A DNA stretch of 64,000 nt from Camelus dromedarius (lineage: Eukaryota): NCBI RefSeq assembly GCF_036321535.1, contig NC_087464.1, forward strand, positions 23,188,001 through 23,252,000, in the 5' to 3' direction. Below, one piece after another: positions 49,731-61,486 of this stretch. A model generated the notes under the pieces. The model was given only the letters and a program-made list of their open reading frames with translations. It was not told where the DNA came from and made no database searches. Every line of letters starts with the position of its first letter. The stretch's first letter is position 1. The translations under genes were made by a program, and so were the position numbers.

Positions 49731-49779
49731 TGATGGGGAGCTGGAATCCAGATACTCCTCCGGGTATTCCTCTGCAGAG
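49731..49779 (+). CDS. FAM219B: FAM219B exon 4
   Basis: SDGELESRYSSGYSSAE; 49 nt; non-canonical donor GAG|GCAAGT. Confidence 0.93.
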
Positions 49780-51275
49780 GCAAGTCCAGAGCACCCTTCT
49801 GTGCAGGGCCAGGCTGCAGGCAGTGTCGCTGTCACTGCCAAATGCTTGTCTGGTTCCTGCTGTATGCACGGCACTGTGCCAGACTTCTGGTCTATTGTTC
49901 AGTCTTCTACTCTGCTCTCTTCCCTCAGCAGAAGTATAGGTGTCTGAGGAAGGCTATTGAAAGTCTAGGAGGCCATAGACACTTAGGGCTGGAAATGACC
50001 TCACAAGTTTTCTAATCCAGACCACCACTTAGAAAGGAATCCTCTTGATAAATCCCAGCTAAGCGTCTACTACCCTTTGCTTGTTTGAACACTTCCTGTA
50101 AGAGGGTACTCACTACCTCCAAGAAACCTTGCTGCCTGTCCTCCCCACAATACGCACAATTCCTTCTCCAGGTAGCTCTTACAGACGTCTTCCTTACTCA
50201 TTTGAGATGTCTCCTGCAGCTTGGACTTAGTGGTCCTGGTCCTCCCTCCAGTGTCACACAGTCATGCTAGTCTCCCTTCTTTTGAGTGCTTTTATCTGAC
50301 ATCAGCATTCCTGTCCCTCCCTTTGCCGCCTTCCACCAAGCTTGCTTTTATCCAGGCCAAACAGCTTCTGTTCCTTCTGTTGTTCCATCTATGGGAACTG
50401 AGACCGAGATACTCTTGGCCTGTCCTTTTGGACATGTTTCCAGAACTGTCCCAGACAAAAACATGGGGACATAAAGTTTTGGCATGTGTGGCTTACTGCC
50501 TTTGATGGAGGTGAAGTGCTGGGGACCTGACTGTATACTTCTGGTATTTCTTCCATTATTCTCCTGGAAACCCTTGGCTACCCCCTGAGTTTCTGCCAAA
50601 GAGAATACAGGCAATCTGAAAACTATCCTTTTTGAATATCTGGATGCCTAAGATTGTTAGAACTAGGAAAAGAAAAATTAGCAGGATCCAGAGAAAGGCC
50701 TACACTCCCCAGTCTCATTTTCCTTCTGCTCAGTGGAACTGGTGAAGCCAGGTTGACAGGTTCTACTTTGCAAGGACTGAGCCCTGTTGGTATCAAAGGA
50801 TAACATGTCTAACGGGCAGTGCATAAAAAGCTGTTCCCCACCCCGTTTCACTCTAACCCATATTCCTCTACCTTTCTACCCCATTGTTCTGGGATCATTA
50901 TTCCATACTCTTCAGCCTTCATAGGAACCAATGTCGGTTCCCAGTGGGAATGGTTAGGGCTTGGCTTTCAAGCATAATCTGGAATTTACATCAGCTGCCT
51001 CAGGATTCTTTACTGATGGCAGCTTCTCTCGGGGTTAGTGACCGTGCAGCCTGGACAGTAGTGGCTCAGGCCCCTGGCTGGCTGCCTCTCACTGCTGGCT
51101 GAGGCACTGGTAGGAAAAGGTAGCACTTCCTCCTGTAATCCAGGGATGTGTGGGGTGGGCCTGAGGGTGGAGCATGAGCAGCAAGTTCCAGTAAGAGAAT
51201 GTAGGTCTTCCTTTTGTGCAGCAGTTATTTCTGCCTTGCTGCCTGGCTAACAGTTCTCTCCTCTCCTGCTCTTAG

Positions 51276-51443
51276 CAGGTGAACCAGGATGTGAGCCGGC
51301 AGCTGCTCCAGGATGGGTATCACCTGGATGAGATTCCAGATGATGAGGACTTGGATCTCATTCCCCCCAAGCCTGTGGCCTCCTCAGCGTGTTCCTGCTG
51401 CTGGTGCTGTCTTGGGGACTCTTCCTCCTGCACCCTCCAGTAG
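51276..51443 (+). CDS. FAM219B: FAM219B exon 5, coding part
   Basis: (Q)VNQDVSRQLLQDGYHLDEIPDDEDLDLIPPKPVASSACSCCWCCLGDSSSCTLQ*; TAG|CAG tandem acceptor. Total CDS 582 nt = 193 aa. Confidence 0.97.
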   Translation, partial: QVNQDVSRQLLQDGYHLDEIPDDEDLDLIPPKPVASSACSCCWCCLGDSSSCTLQ

Positions 51444-52287
51444 ACATAACCCCCTAAGATGGGTCCTGCTCACCATACCTGCGGAGTCCTGTGGGCCCTT
51501 CATAGGTCACAGTGCAGTGGGGAACTGCTGTCAGCCCCAGAATCACTGGAGGCACTGGCCCTCTGGGGAAGCCAGTGCCCTGCAGTTCCCCCTCGCCTGG
51601 TGCTTCTCAGGCCGGAGGCCCCCATCTGGGCCATAGGATGATAGGTGGAATTCTGCAGTTTTCCTCTGCTGTTGGAGCAGAGCTTGGAGAAATCACTTTA
51701 ATAAGGGCAGGAACAGAGGAATTCTGGTTCTTACGGCGAGTGACAAAGTTGGCTAAGAGAAAAACTTGAAGACATCTTAACTGGTATTTGTCATCATGCT
51801 CTACGGAGGGAAAAGGAGAGCTTTTGTGCCCAGGCTGTGCTGGATGGTGGTGTATGGAGGCAGAAAATAGCACATTATGGCTTGTAGCTGTAATATTCAA
51901 AACTATTTGGGACCAGGTCATTTCAAGAAATTCCATATGCTCGCTTCCTCTTCCTAGCTCCAAGATGGGTTACATGTTTGACCTTCAAGAGAGCATAAAG
52001 CAGGGCCCTTTGACCCTCTTCTGGTTGTGTTTGACTGTGGCAGGGAGAACAGGTTACTTGATGGTCCCTGGACTCAGAGCATCCCCATCTGGTCTACCTG
52101 TCTGGGTGGGCTTAATAACTTGGTCAGTCCATCCCTAGTTAGAGAAAAACTGCTCTACCATGTGGATAAAATTTGTCTTTCCTGGTTGCCATTCGTCACC
52201 TTGGTCTTATACGGTATTTTCACCCAGTCTGAGCTAAGGTTGGGTGAAGGTATGGAGCTCACCCCAGGAGCCTGCAGTTTTTAATTA

Positions 52288-52303
52288 CCAGCAGAGGGCG
52301 CTG
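52288..52303 (+). promoter_or_regulatory. CTCF core motif
   Basis: CCAGCAGAGGGCGCTG is an exact fit to CCASYAGRKGGCRS. CTGCAGT lies just upstream (52272-78). Confidence 0.8.
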
Positions 52304-53297
52304 CAGGAGCAGTCAAGTGTCTGATTTTTTAAACTTGAGAAGGAGCAATGGCTGAGAAGTATACTGGCGCAGCTGTGTGGGCTCTGACGTAGATGGAGGC
52401 TCACAGACAGGATGGGGAGGAGGGACCTGTGAAAGCTCCCAGGGCCCCTGCCTGAGGAGATAATCTTGTCATTGTAGAGGGCCTCCCTTCACCCTAGCGA
52501 GAACCATTCTGTTGCATCCAGATTCCTCTGACCACAGCATGGGCCTCAGTGGATACTCGGGGATTGGAGTTTACAGTAAACCTCTGGGTGCATCACAGCC
52601 TCTCTCAGCCCCTGGTCTGAGCATAGCAAAGACAGGAATCATTTCCTCTATGACCTCCACTAGATAACATCTCTTGCAATACCAGGCCTCTCTGGAACTT
52701 AGTTTTTTAGTGGGTTTTTGTTTTTTTTTTCCGGCCTTACCAAATAGGACTGAATGGGAGTGGACAGAGTCCCTAGCCTAAGGGGTATGGTAGTCAAGAT
52801 TAGGGTGTGGCCCCAACTTGGGATCCTACCTAGCCTGTTGCTTCATTTGGTTAGGACAGTAGCCTGAGTGTTTGACAGCTGCTGGGGGTAAAGATGGCAG
52901 CAGGACCCCAAGACCGAGGCCCTCTGTTGGTCACTGCATAAATCACTGGTGTATTTGACTGCACCTCTCCCTGGAATGTTCCAGAGCTGGTTGATCCTGT
53001 GGGTGGCATTACCTTTGTAGAAAAAGTTGCAGGAACACTGTGCCTGCCAGCAAGGCAGGGTAGAAATGGTCAATTGTTTGGGGCCAGAAGCCACAGGCTA
53101 AAATGTCACCAATACAGGCACAAAGGTGCCTAAAACCAAACTGCCTTAATTAAGAGTGCTGGGCGTTTGTAGGTGACAGCGCTCTGGGGAGGCAGGGGTG
53201 AACTCGGGCTTACCTCACAGATGGGAGTGGTACCGTATGGTGTTTACAGAGTACAGAACTCTTGGCTTAGGCTTCTTCAGCCCTGTAAGTTTACAAG

Positions 53298-53303
53298 AAT
53301 AAA
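53298..53303 (+). terminator. FAM219B: Candidate FAM219B poly(A) signal (others at 53610-53615 and 54377-54382)
   Basis: AATAAA followed by GU-rich gtcgtgctagttgagctgtctctgtgttg. Confidence 0.55.
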
Positions 53304-54487
53304 TACAGTCGTGCTAGTTGAGCTGTCTCTGTGTTGCAATAAGCATTTTTAAGGAAGGCCTAGACCAGTCACTGCTCCTGAGTTCTGAAATGAACAATAG
53401 CCTAATAGCCCCAACTGTGACATTCTTCTAAGGACCTCTCCTTTCTCCTGTTCCCAGCGGGCATCATTTTCAGGCCTGTTCACTGGAGACCATGGCTGGA
53501 ACAGGCCTTTGCATATCACTTCTGTTTAGAATGAGTTCCCTTTGGCAGACTCTTTATTCCCAGGTTTGTTTTTTTTTCAAGCTGAAAAAAATTTATTGGA
53601 GGCCAAAAAAATAAAACCCAGAACAGATTGGCTAACTGGAAGGTAGTTTCCTAGAATTCCATCTGTACAGTTCTAGTGTGGGCAGCCGCCCCCAAAGATC
53701 CTTTTGTGTGAGTTTAATCCCCTACCCCACAGGAAGAAGCCACCAACCTGGGTCTCTGCTTAGTCTGGGGGACAGGACCTAAGACTGCTGGTCAGAAACT
53801 TCAGTGGCACAACAGACAGCTGTGCAGTCTCCTGCAGAGGTGTGACCTGGAGGGGAGGCCCGGGGAGAGTAGATGGTTTCCCAGGTAGTTCCCACCAGGG
53901 TAGGAAAAAAGTAGCTGTGTTTCTCCTCTTAGCACTAACTGGACTGGACTGTCCTGTCCCTGGGTCCCTCTATCCAGTGACTGAGTGTGCTCTGGAGAAG
54001 TGGCTGACAAACTTTCTCTGTGAAGAGCCAGTCAGTACATTTGGCTTTGCAGGGCACACCGCCTGGCACACCTACTCACTTTGCCATTGCAGCCTGAGAG
54101 CAGCCGGACGGCATGTAAATGGATGGACGTGGCCGGGTCCAGCCTGCTGGCCTTAGCCTGCTGATCCCTGCCCTAAGGTCAGCTGAAACGCTGGAGAGAA
54201 GGATCTTGCACTGACAGTGCCTATCCCTGGACCCACCCTCCACTGGCTGCTGGGCCGGAGGGCCCCCAGCGTGCCTGCAAGCCCTGCAGCTGAGGCTCAG
54301 AGGGCCACCTCTCCCACGCCTTCCTATAAAAGGCCTCTGAGTCTAGCCTGCCCGCCCCAGGGAGCTGCCTGACAGGAATAAAGCAAAACCTGGGCAGCAT
54401 CCAAGGAGGGCTCTTTCAGCCCACTTCAGAGACTGGAATGGCAAAGGCTGAGTGCTGTTTAGCCCACAGGCTTCAACACAAGTGATC

Positions 54488-54493
54488 TTTAAT
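54488..54493 (-). terminator. MPI: Candidate MPI proximal poly(A) signal ATTAAA (distal AATAAA at 53592-97 and 53553-58)
   Basis: Plus strand tttaat, about 470 nt after the MPI stop. Confidence 0.55.
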
Positions 54494-54959
54494 TGCTTTG
54501 ACACAGCCAGAGTGAGAGCAGTGTTAGTCCACAGGCCTCCCCTTTTCCCTCTGCAGCTGAGAAAACGGGCAGTCCCAGGGCCAGAACCCTGTTCTCACAA
54601 ACCATTACCTCCCTTCTTGCTGTGACCGATGCTGAGCTATTCATAGATCTCATCAGCCCGCCTACTGCCGAGGCCGGCACAGAGCTGCTGCTTCCTGCGC
54701 TGAGAAGAGACCGGTCCAAGTACGGGGGGGATACAAGGGGACTGTCAGCCTTAGTCCTTCGTGGGCCCCTCCTACCGGGAGGAAGATGGTTCAGCCTGCT
54801 CAGGAGTCACTGCCTCTTCAAGTGTACTGCTCTACCCCAGCTCTTTCCGGGTATACCCAAAGAGCCCAGAGCAGGGAAGGGGTCCGGGCTGGGCTTGAGG
54901 ATGTGAGGCTGGCCAGGATTAGGGTGACTGGCAGAGGAGAGCCAGGAAGGCTGTGGCCT

Positions 54960-55178
54960 CTACAGCAGACAGCAGGCACGGAACATCAGCAAGTCCTTAG
55001 GCACAGTGAGCTTCAGTGAGACACATTCATTGGCTCCAATGAAGAGCACCCCACCACGCTGCAGGGGGATTGCTGCCTGGGCTGTGGGGGTGCTGGCTGT
55101 CACTGTCCCCTGCACCATCAGGAGGATGCTGGCGGAGTCCAGGGCCAAGACCTTGTATTCAGTGATGGAGCCAGGAAC
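54960..55178 (-). CDS. MPI: Mannose-6-phosphate isomerase exon 8
   Basis: [26 protein letters not shown]...[32 protein letters not shown]; 219 nt. Confidence 0.99.
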   Translation of the reverse strand, partial: VPGSITEYKVLALDSASILLMVQGTVTASTPTAQAAIPLQRGGVLFIGANECVSLKLTVPKDLLMFRACCLL

Positions 55179-55479
55179 CTGGGCAGGAAGAAACCGCTGG
55201 ATGGAGTAGTCTGAGCTGCCGTCAGGTCACAGGGGGCCCAGGACAACCCCAAGGGCAGTGAAAGGGAGAGCTCTGACACCTCCCTCACTACTCAGGCTCT
55301 CATCAGCATGGAAGCCCTTGTCTGGTCCCTGGTCCAGAGCAGAGTGGGCAGGCCCCGCAGCCATGCCCGACCACGTGAGCTTGACAGAGAGGAAATCCAG
55401 CCCCGGTACACTCCACATTGTGGCCCTTGCCAGGATTCTTCCCAGCACACAAAAGACACCCACCATGCCCCCTACTCAC

Positions 55480-55688
55480 CTCCATCTTCATAACAGTGAA
55501 GTCTGGCACAGGAGGATCATAGATAAAGAGGTAGGGGTCTTCCTGGCTCCGGGCTGGAGGAAAGAGCCTGTCCTGGCTGGGGCTGGGGGTATAGCTGAGC
55601 ATTTCACACAGAGTTGGCACATCGATGAACTTGGGTGTCAGGCCAGCACGCACTGTGTTGTCTGAACATGCCATGCACTCCACACAGT
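55480..55688 (-). CDS. MPI: MPI exon 7
   Basis: [33 protein letters not shown]...[13 protein letters not shown]; 209 nt. Confidence 0.99.
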
Positions 55689-56368
55689 CTGGGGACAGAC
55701 AGTTGTCATGTGCTAAGCTAATGAAGGATGCCTTGGAGTTTGGCTCTTCAGGGCTGGGCCTCCTAACCTGAGCACCACGAGCCCCCTGCAGAATTAGGTA
55801 AAAATGTGTGAATTGCAATTTCTGTGAGAATGGGCTTAGATATAACAAAAACAGATGACATGTCACCCACATTGTCAGGGGGAGTCATATTAACCCCTGG
55901 GGGAAACCCAACCCTCCCGACACTTCGTACTCTCCCCTTCTACCATAGAATCCTGTCCAAGAGTAGATAAACAGCCAACAGTGAAAACGTGACATGCTTC
56001 TGTGGCAATGTGTATTTTAACATAAAAGCTCTGCGTAGCTAGGACAGACATGGGAAGGCAGTGTGATGCAGGGGGGAGAACAGTGGCCTTGATCCGATAC
56101 AGCCTGGATTCAGGTTGTTCCCACACATTTACAGGGCTTAACATGAGAGTGTCATGACCTCACAGGGTTGATGTGAGGATCCAGGCAGTGTCCAACACCA
56201 ACATCATCCCTGTTGGTCACTTTCCTGCTGACCCCAGGAACCCTGGGAGGTCAGAGCTTGACAGGACTTAAAGGTGGTCTCCTTGACCAGTCCCTCCTGC
56301 TTTTGTCCAGATGGGGAAACAAGGCCTGAGGGGGATGCAGTGGGGCTCACTGCCGAAATGGGGCTCAC

Positions 56369-56542
56369 CTCCTTTCANNNNNNNNNNNNNNNNNNNNNNN
56401 NNNNNNNNNNNNNNNNNNNNNNNNNNNNNNNNNNNNNNNNNNNNNNNNNNNNNNNNNNNNNNNNNNNNNNNNNNNNNNNNNNNNNNNNNNNNNNNNNNNN
56501 NNNNNNNNNCACAGACGTCCTCCATGTTGTTTCCAGCAGCCA
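56369..56542 (-). CDS. MPI: MPI exon 6 (132 nt N-masked, including the Zn-ligand His of the HAY motif)
   Basis: Starts VAAGNNMEDVC and ends LKG; 174 nt; donor GAG|GTGAGC. Confidence 0.95.
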
Positions 56543-56812
56543 CTGAGGGTCACAGAGCCCCCCAAGGCCACTTAGGAACACTCGAACACTCGCTGGTGGT
56601 CACAGCCCCACCCTGGCCAGGGAGAGTCCTGGGCAAGTCCCTGCCCACAGGAGTCCAGAAATTGGTGGGCATGTGCGCATAGTCACATCTCAGCCCTTGG
56701 GGGCCAGGCTTCCTTGATACTCCAGCCACACAGATGCCATCTCCCCCATCTTGACGTTCTACATGCCCACCACTATGCTAGGCACTGAGGGCTAGAGTGT
56801 CGTCCTTTTGGA

Positions 56813-57005
56813 CAGTGGTTCTCAGCCTCAGCATTACTGACATTTGGGCCAAATAAGTCTCTGTTGGAGCTGTTCTGTGCGTTGTAAGATGTTTAGCTGC
56901 ATCCCTGACCTCTACCCACATACCACTGGCGCCCCAAACCCAGGTTTGACAAGCAAACATATCTCCAGATTGCCAACCTGGAGATTGCCTGGTTGAGAAC
57001 CACTG
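56813..57005. mobile_element. Full-length MER20 MITE in MPI intron 5
   Basis: Perfect TIRs cagtggttctca ... tgagaaccactg with a typical MER20 body. Confidence 0.9.
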
Positions 57006-57043
57006 CTCAGGGAGGAGCTCAAAATCTATTTAGGAGATAACCC

Positions 57044-57140
57044 AAGGGTTCCTAACTGTCCCAGTTAGCCCAGGCCTTCCCCCTTTCTTAGTACCAAAAA
57101 TCATTCAGTCCCAGGTAAACTGAAATGGTTGGTCGCCCCA
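57044..57140. mobile_element. MER81-like hAT-Blackjack MITE
   Basis: agggttcctaactgtcccagtt ... gtcccaggtaaactgaaatggttggtcgccc, decayed TAGGGTGACCAACCGTCCC TIRs. Confidence 0.6.
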
Positions 57141-58015
57141 GACAGCAAGAGGCAGAATGCAACCAACAGCTAAACTGTGTCCTGGAGACTGACCAGGGGA
57201 GAGTGAGCTCAGCCTGGGCTAGAGTGGCGAGGAAGGGCGGTGAGCCGAGTTTCCCTGAGTGTGCAGGGAAGGGGGAGTAACAGCAGAGCGTATCAGTGCG
57301 ACATGAAGAAACCAGCCGGTCTGGATTGGAGGGTTGTTCTGAGTCTTAATGCCTATTCTGTGCTAAGCACTGGGGGCACACAAAGGTCAAGGAGACAGGT
57401 GCCCAGCCTAGAGAAAAGCCCAGTTTTAACAACTGTGCATGTGGTGACACCTACTCACAGGTGCTCAGGGCTGTACCTGACGTATGAACAGGTGTTACGG
57501 GAGCTCCAGGCAGAAGTAATCAGCTCTGCTGTGAGTGCCAGAAGCCCTCAAGGGAGGGGCATGCCAGCCAAGAAAACACCAAAAAAAAAGTAGGGTAAGG
57601 TTGGGTGAAATAAATAGATCCTTGTGGCTCAAAGGTTGCAGGGGAAATGTAGAGACAGAACCAGAAGACTTCTGGGGTCGCCTGGAGAACGGGCTAGGCC
57701 TCATCACGTGTGCCACATAAGCTCCTAGCAGAGAGTCCATCCTGCCTCGTTTTTCACTGGCAGGATGTATTGACTCCCCAACCAAAAGGTGACACAACCA
57801 CACCCATCACAGTCATTTCCTGAACTCTCCTTAGTTAGCACAAGGTTGGGCACAGAGCAGGTATTTAAGGAAAGATCTACTGATTGAGAGCTCTGGACTT
57901 GAGACATTTTAATAGTCTTCCAGGACAACCTGTCTCCAACCATCTAGAGAAGACGGACGATTAGCAAGCAGCACTCAACCTAGGGCCCTGCTCCACAGAG
58001 ACGGGAGAAGTGCTA

Positions 58016-58363
<348 letters not shown>

Positions 58364-58561
58364 TCAGGAATGGTTAAGATGGAGCCCAAAAAAGTGGGAA
58401 GCTGGAGAAGCCCCCCCCCCCATATCATCCCTAACCAAGAAGCCAGGCAATGCTATGCAAGCTCTGCAGTCAAAGCGACTGCTCGCCACCAGCCCTCAGC
58501 AACCACACCTGAGCCTGGTCTCATGGGCCTGCTCCAAAGGCTTCAAGAATTCATGAGGTCA

Positions 58562-58611
58562 AATTAACCAAATGGTAAATCAACTATACTTCAGTAAAAA
58601 CTTAAAAAAAG
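58562..58611 (+). mobile_element. 50-bp L1 3'-tip insertion in MPI intron 4
   Basis: ...gtaaatcaactatacttcagtaaaaacttaaaaaaa flanked by a perfect 15-bp TSD gaattcatgaggtca at 58547-58561 and 58612-58626. Confidence 0.8.
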
Positions 58612-58639
58612 GAATTCATGAGGTCAGCCAGCCCCTCTA

Positions 58640-58933
<294 letters not shown>

Positions 58934-59623
58934 TCACATAGCAGGACACCAGTCCCACTACCCTCCCCAGTCGCCAGGCAGCAGTGGCTTCTAACCCCTG
59001 GCAATGAGCCCAGTCAAGGCATAATTCGGAAACTTGGGGTTCAGCCAACACAGGCAGGTGGGCTAAATCTGGGGGAGAGCTGGGACAAATTTATGAAGCC
59101 TGGCTTGCAAATCAGGAAACCCAAACACCAAGCCAAGCTCCGACATTAATAAGCCGTGTGACTCTGGGTCAATCCCTCTTCTCTGGGCGTTACTTTCCCC
59201 ATCTAGAAATGAGGACTCTGGACAGACAAATCCTTAGGCTGTGACTCACAGGCTTGTGCAGAAAAGACTATGGAAGCGGAGCTGAGGCAATGACTAGGGT
59301 ACCTGCCCTGTCCTAGGTGACATCTCCCAGAAAGCCAAGTGGAAAATGGCAGACATAAATAGTCCTGGGCTGACTGAGGGGAGGCCAGGAACAAGCTTGG
59401 AAAAACTCCCCTGGCACAGGCTGGTCAGCTGTCCACTTACCAGCAGCTGGCCTTGCAGAGCTAAACTGAAAGTTGTCAGGCCTGGATTTAGTTTTGGTCT
59501 GGAGCCTGGCATTGGGCAGGGAGCGGTGGGGGTGGGGTGGTAAAAGCTGCAGTAAAAGTTGTGGGAGGGCCTTGACATATGCTTTTCTCTACCTGACCTC
59601 TGCAACCTACACTGATCCTGTAC

Positions 59624-59824
59624 CTTATTAGGATGTGCCTGGATGGACAGGGCCGTTTCAACCGAGAGCACTTTGAAGAGGAAGGGCAGCTTGCCATTAA
59701 AGGTATCCTTGACCTTTGAGCCCAAGCAGTCCTGGTTCTCAGCAATCCATTGGCCCAGGGTCTTCTGTGAGATGCAGTTGTCAAGAATCTTGGCATCTCC
59801 TCGAGGGTGGGTCCCCATCCACAG
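59624..59824 (-). CDS. MPI: MPI exon 3
   Basis: [10 protein letters not shown]...[22 protein letters not shown]; 201 nt; SIQAHP Zn-binding motif. Confidence 0.99.
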
Positions 59825-60649
59825 CTGTAAAAACAGGAAACTTGGGAGGGAAAAAGGAAGAATCTGGCACCAACAGCTGGTGACCCAATTCATTACCCTG
59901 TGCACCGCATAGGGCAGCTGATTCCTGAGATGGGCCTCCCAAGACTGGGTATAAATTCCATCACAGACACACATCAGGGCAGCAGACCCCAGAACATCGG
60001 GGGTCAGGAGACCAACACTCTAGTCCAGGCTCTGGCTCCAACCAGCTGTGGAGGCTTGGGGTAGTTATGCCCAGTCTCTGGGTCTCAGTTTCCTCATCTG
60101 TCCAGTGAGGTGAACGACACTTGCACTGTCACGGTCAGTGAAAAGCTCTGACTCTCAAATGGCTCTGTGAGGGGTTTAAGTAAATTCATTTATTGCAGTC
60201 TCAGAAGCAGAGGCTAAAGTCTTCCTGTGCTTTGGCTTTTTCTCTGCTAAATGGGCAGAAGAAAGATACATTTTAGATTATTAAAAATGTCAAAGTTAGT
60301 CAAAGTAAAAATTTTAATTGTCAAGGAGGGCTGAATTAAATTCAGTAAGTGCTAAAAATATAGGTAAAATAAGATAAATTAAAATAAAATTTAGCAAGTG
60401 CTGAGCGTTCTTGAGGGAAGCAAGAGGGTACTGGAAATCCCAGTCTACTATGACAAAACCTGACTTCTTTTGGTGCTACCGTCTGGATTCATTGACCTGC
60501 ACAGATCTGAAGAGCCAAGAGGGCCTCCTCCTTCTTTGCTGCCTCCCCTTTCCAGCCAATCCACATGACTTGCCTCTGGCCCTTTAAGTGGAAGAGTCCC
60601 TTGGTCTCAGCTGTTGCTAAAGTAAGCTGAAATACAGCCCAGGTCTCAC

Positions 60650-60777
60650 CTCTGCATATGGCTTGTCCTCTGAGATCCGAGCCAGTGGGTCACTGCTGGC
60701 CAGCAGCCGAGCCACTTCACTGTTAGAACCCATCTTCCCCCAGGCATACTGCTGCACCACACAGGACAGTGGGAATA
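60650..60777 (-). CDS. MPI: MPI exon 2
   Basis: [43 protein letters not shown]; 128 nt. Confidence 0.99.
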
Positions 60778-61245
60778 CTGGGGGTACAGACAGAAAGTCA
60801 GCTTCCACACTCCTGAGGCCTGACCCCACTTCTCCCGGGAAACTAGACTCGAGCAGAGGGTTTTGTCTGGGGAGAGTAAGAGGTTTGTAGGCTGTTAGCT
60901 GAGACCTTTCTCCTTTGCTGGCCTCGATGTAAAACGGGCAGTAAGGACCTTCTGCTGACTTGAGGCAGAAAGTTGTGTTGAGATGACCGGGAGGAAGTAG
61001 GAGGAACCTATTCCACCGCACCTCGTCTCGAAATAACCAACGCGCAGCTCCCTCTTTCTCAAGACCCTCTTTCGAGGGCTGCAATAATGACTCAATCCCC
61101 AACCTAAGTGCCCCCTCGTCTACCCGGCGCCCATTTATCCTTCCGCGGAGCCTTACAGGTGGGTTCGACCTGGCATATCAGGTCGGGAAGGGTCCGAGGA
61201 CGCGACCCACCCCCACAGTCGCTGGTACCCCAGCCAACAGCCCAC

Positions 61246-61261
61246 CTCGTTGAGCGGCCAT
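61246..61261 (-). CDS. MPI: MPI coding exon 1
   Basis: aggATGGCCGCTCAACGAG|GTGGGC = MAAQR. The eight exons sum to 1272 nt = 423 aa. Confidence 0.95.
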
Positions 61262-61340
61262 CCTCGCGGAACCCGGTCTGGCTTCTCTCACGTATACCTT
61301 TCCCGGCAGCACCCGCGGCCCTTCTGCGCCCGGAGCTTCA

Positions 61341-61353
61341 TGGGAAATGTAGT
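61341..61353 (-). promoter_or_regulatory. MPI: ACTACAnnTCCCA motif (ZNF143/THAP11-HCFC1) in the MPI CpG-island promoter (~60950-61450)
   Basis: Minus strand ACTACATTTCCCA, 80 bp upstream of the ATG. Confidence 0.75.
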
Positions 61354-61486
61354 TCCTCGAGCGCCTTCTAGGAGGCGCGTGCGCCCCGCGCGTCCACCCC
61401 TCCCACTCTGAATCCCCCCACCTTCCAGCTCTCAGGAGGACCTTCCACCAGCCTAGAGGCCTCCAGCTCGCAATCTTGGGTCTCAG

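Noticed and set aside
54325-54332. Perfect TATAAAAG between FAM219B and MPI 3' ends
   Set aside because: No CpG island, initiator context or downstream exon; an 8-mer like this is expected by chance in 64 kb.
59294-59974. 226-aa ORF around MPI exon 3 (likewise 55303-55872 around exon 7)
   Set aside because: Exon reading frames that run on by chance into flanking introns; only the exon parts resemble MPI.
60617-61102. 161-aa ORF extending MPI exon 2 upstream through intron 1 as an alternative N-terminus
   Set aside because: It starts at TTG rather than ATG. The canonical MAAQR exon 1 with good splice sites explains the gene.
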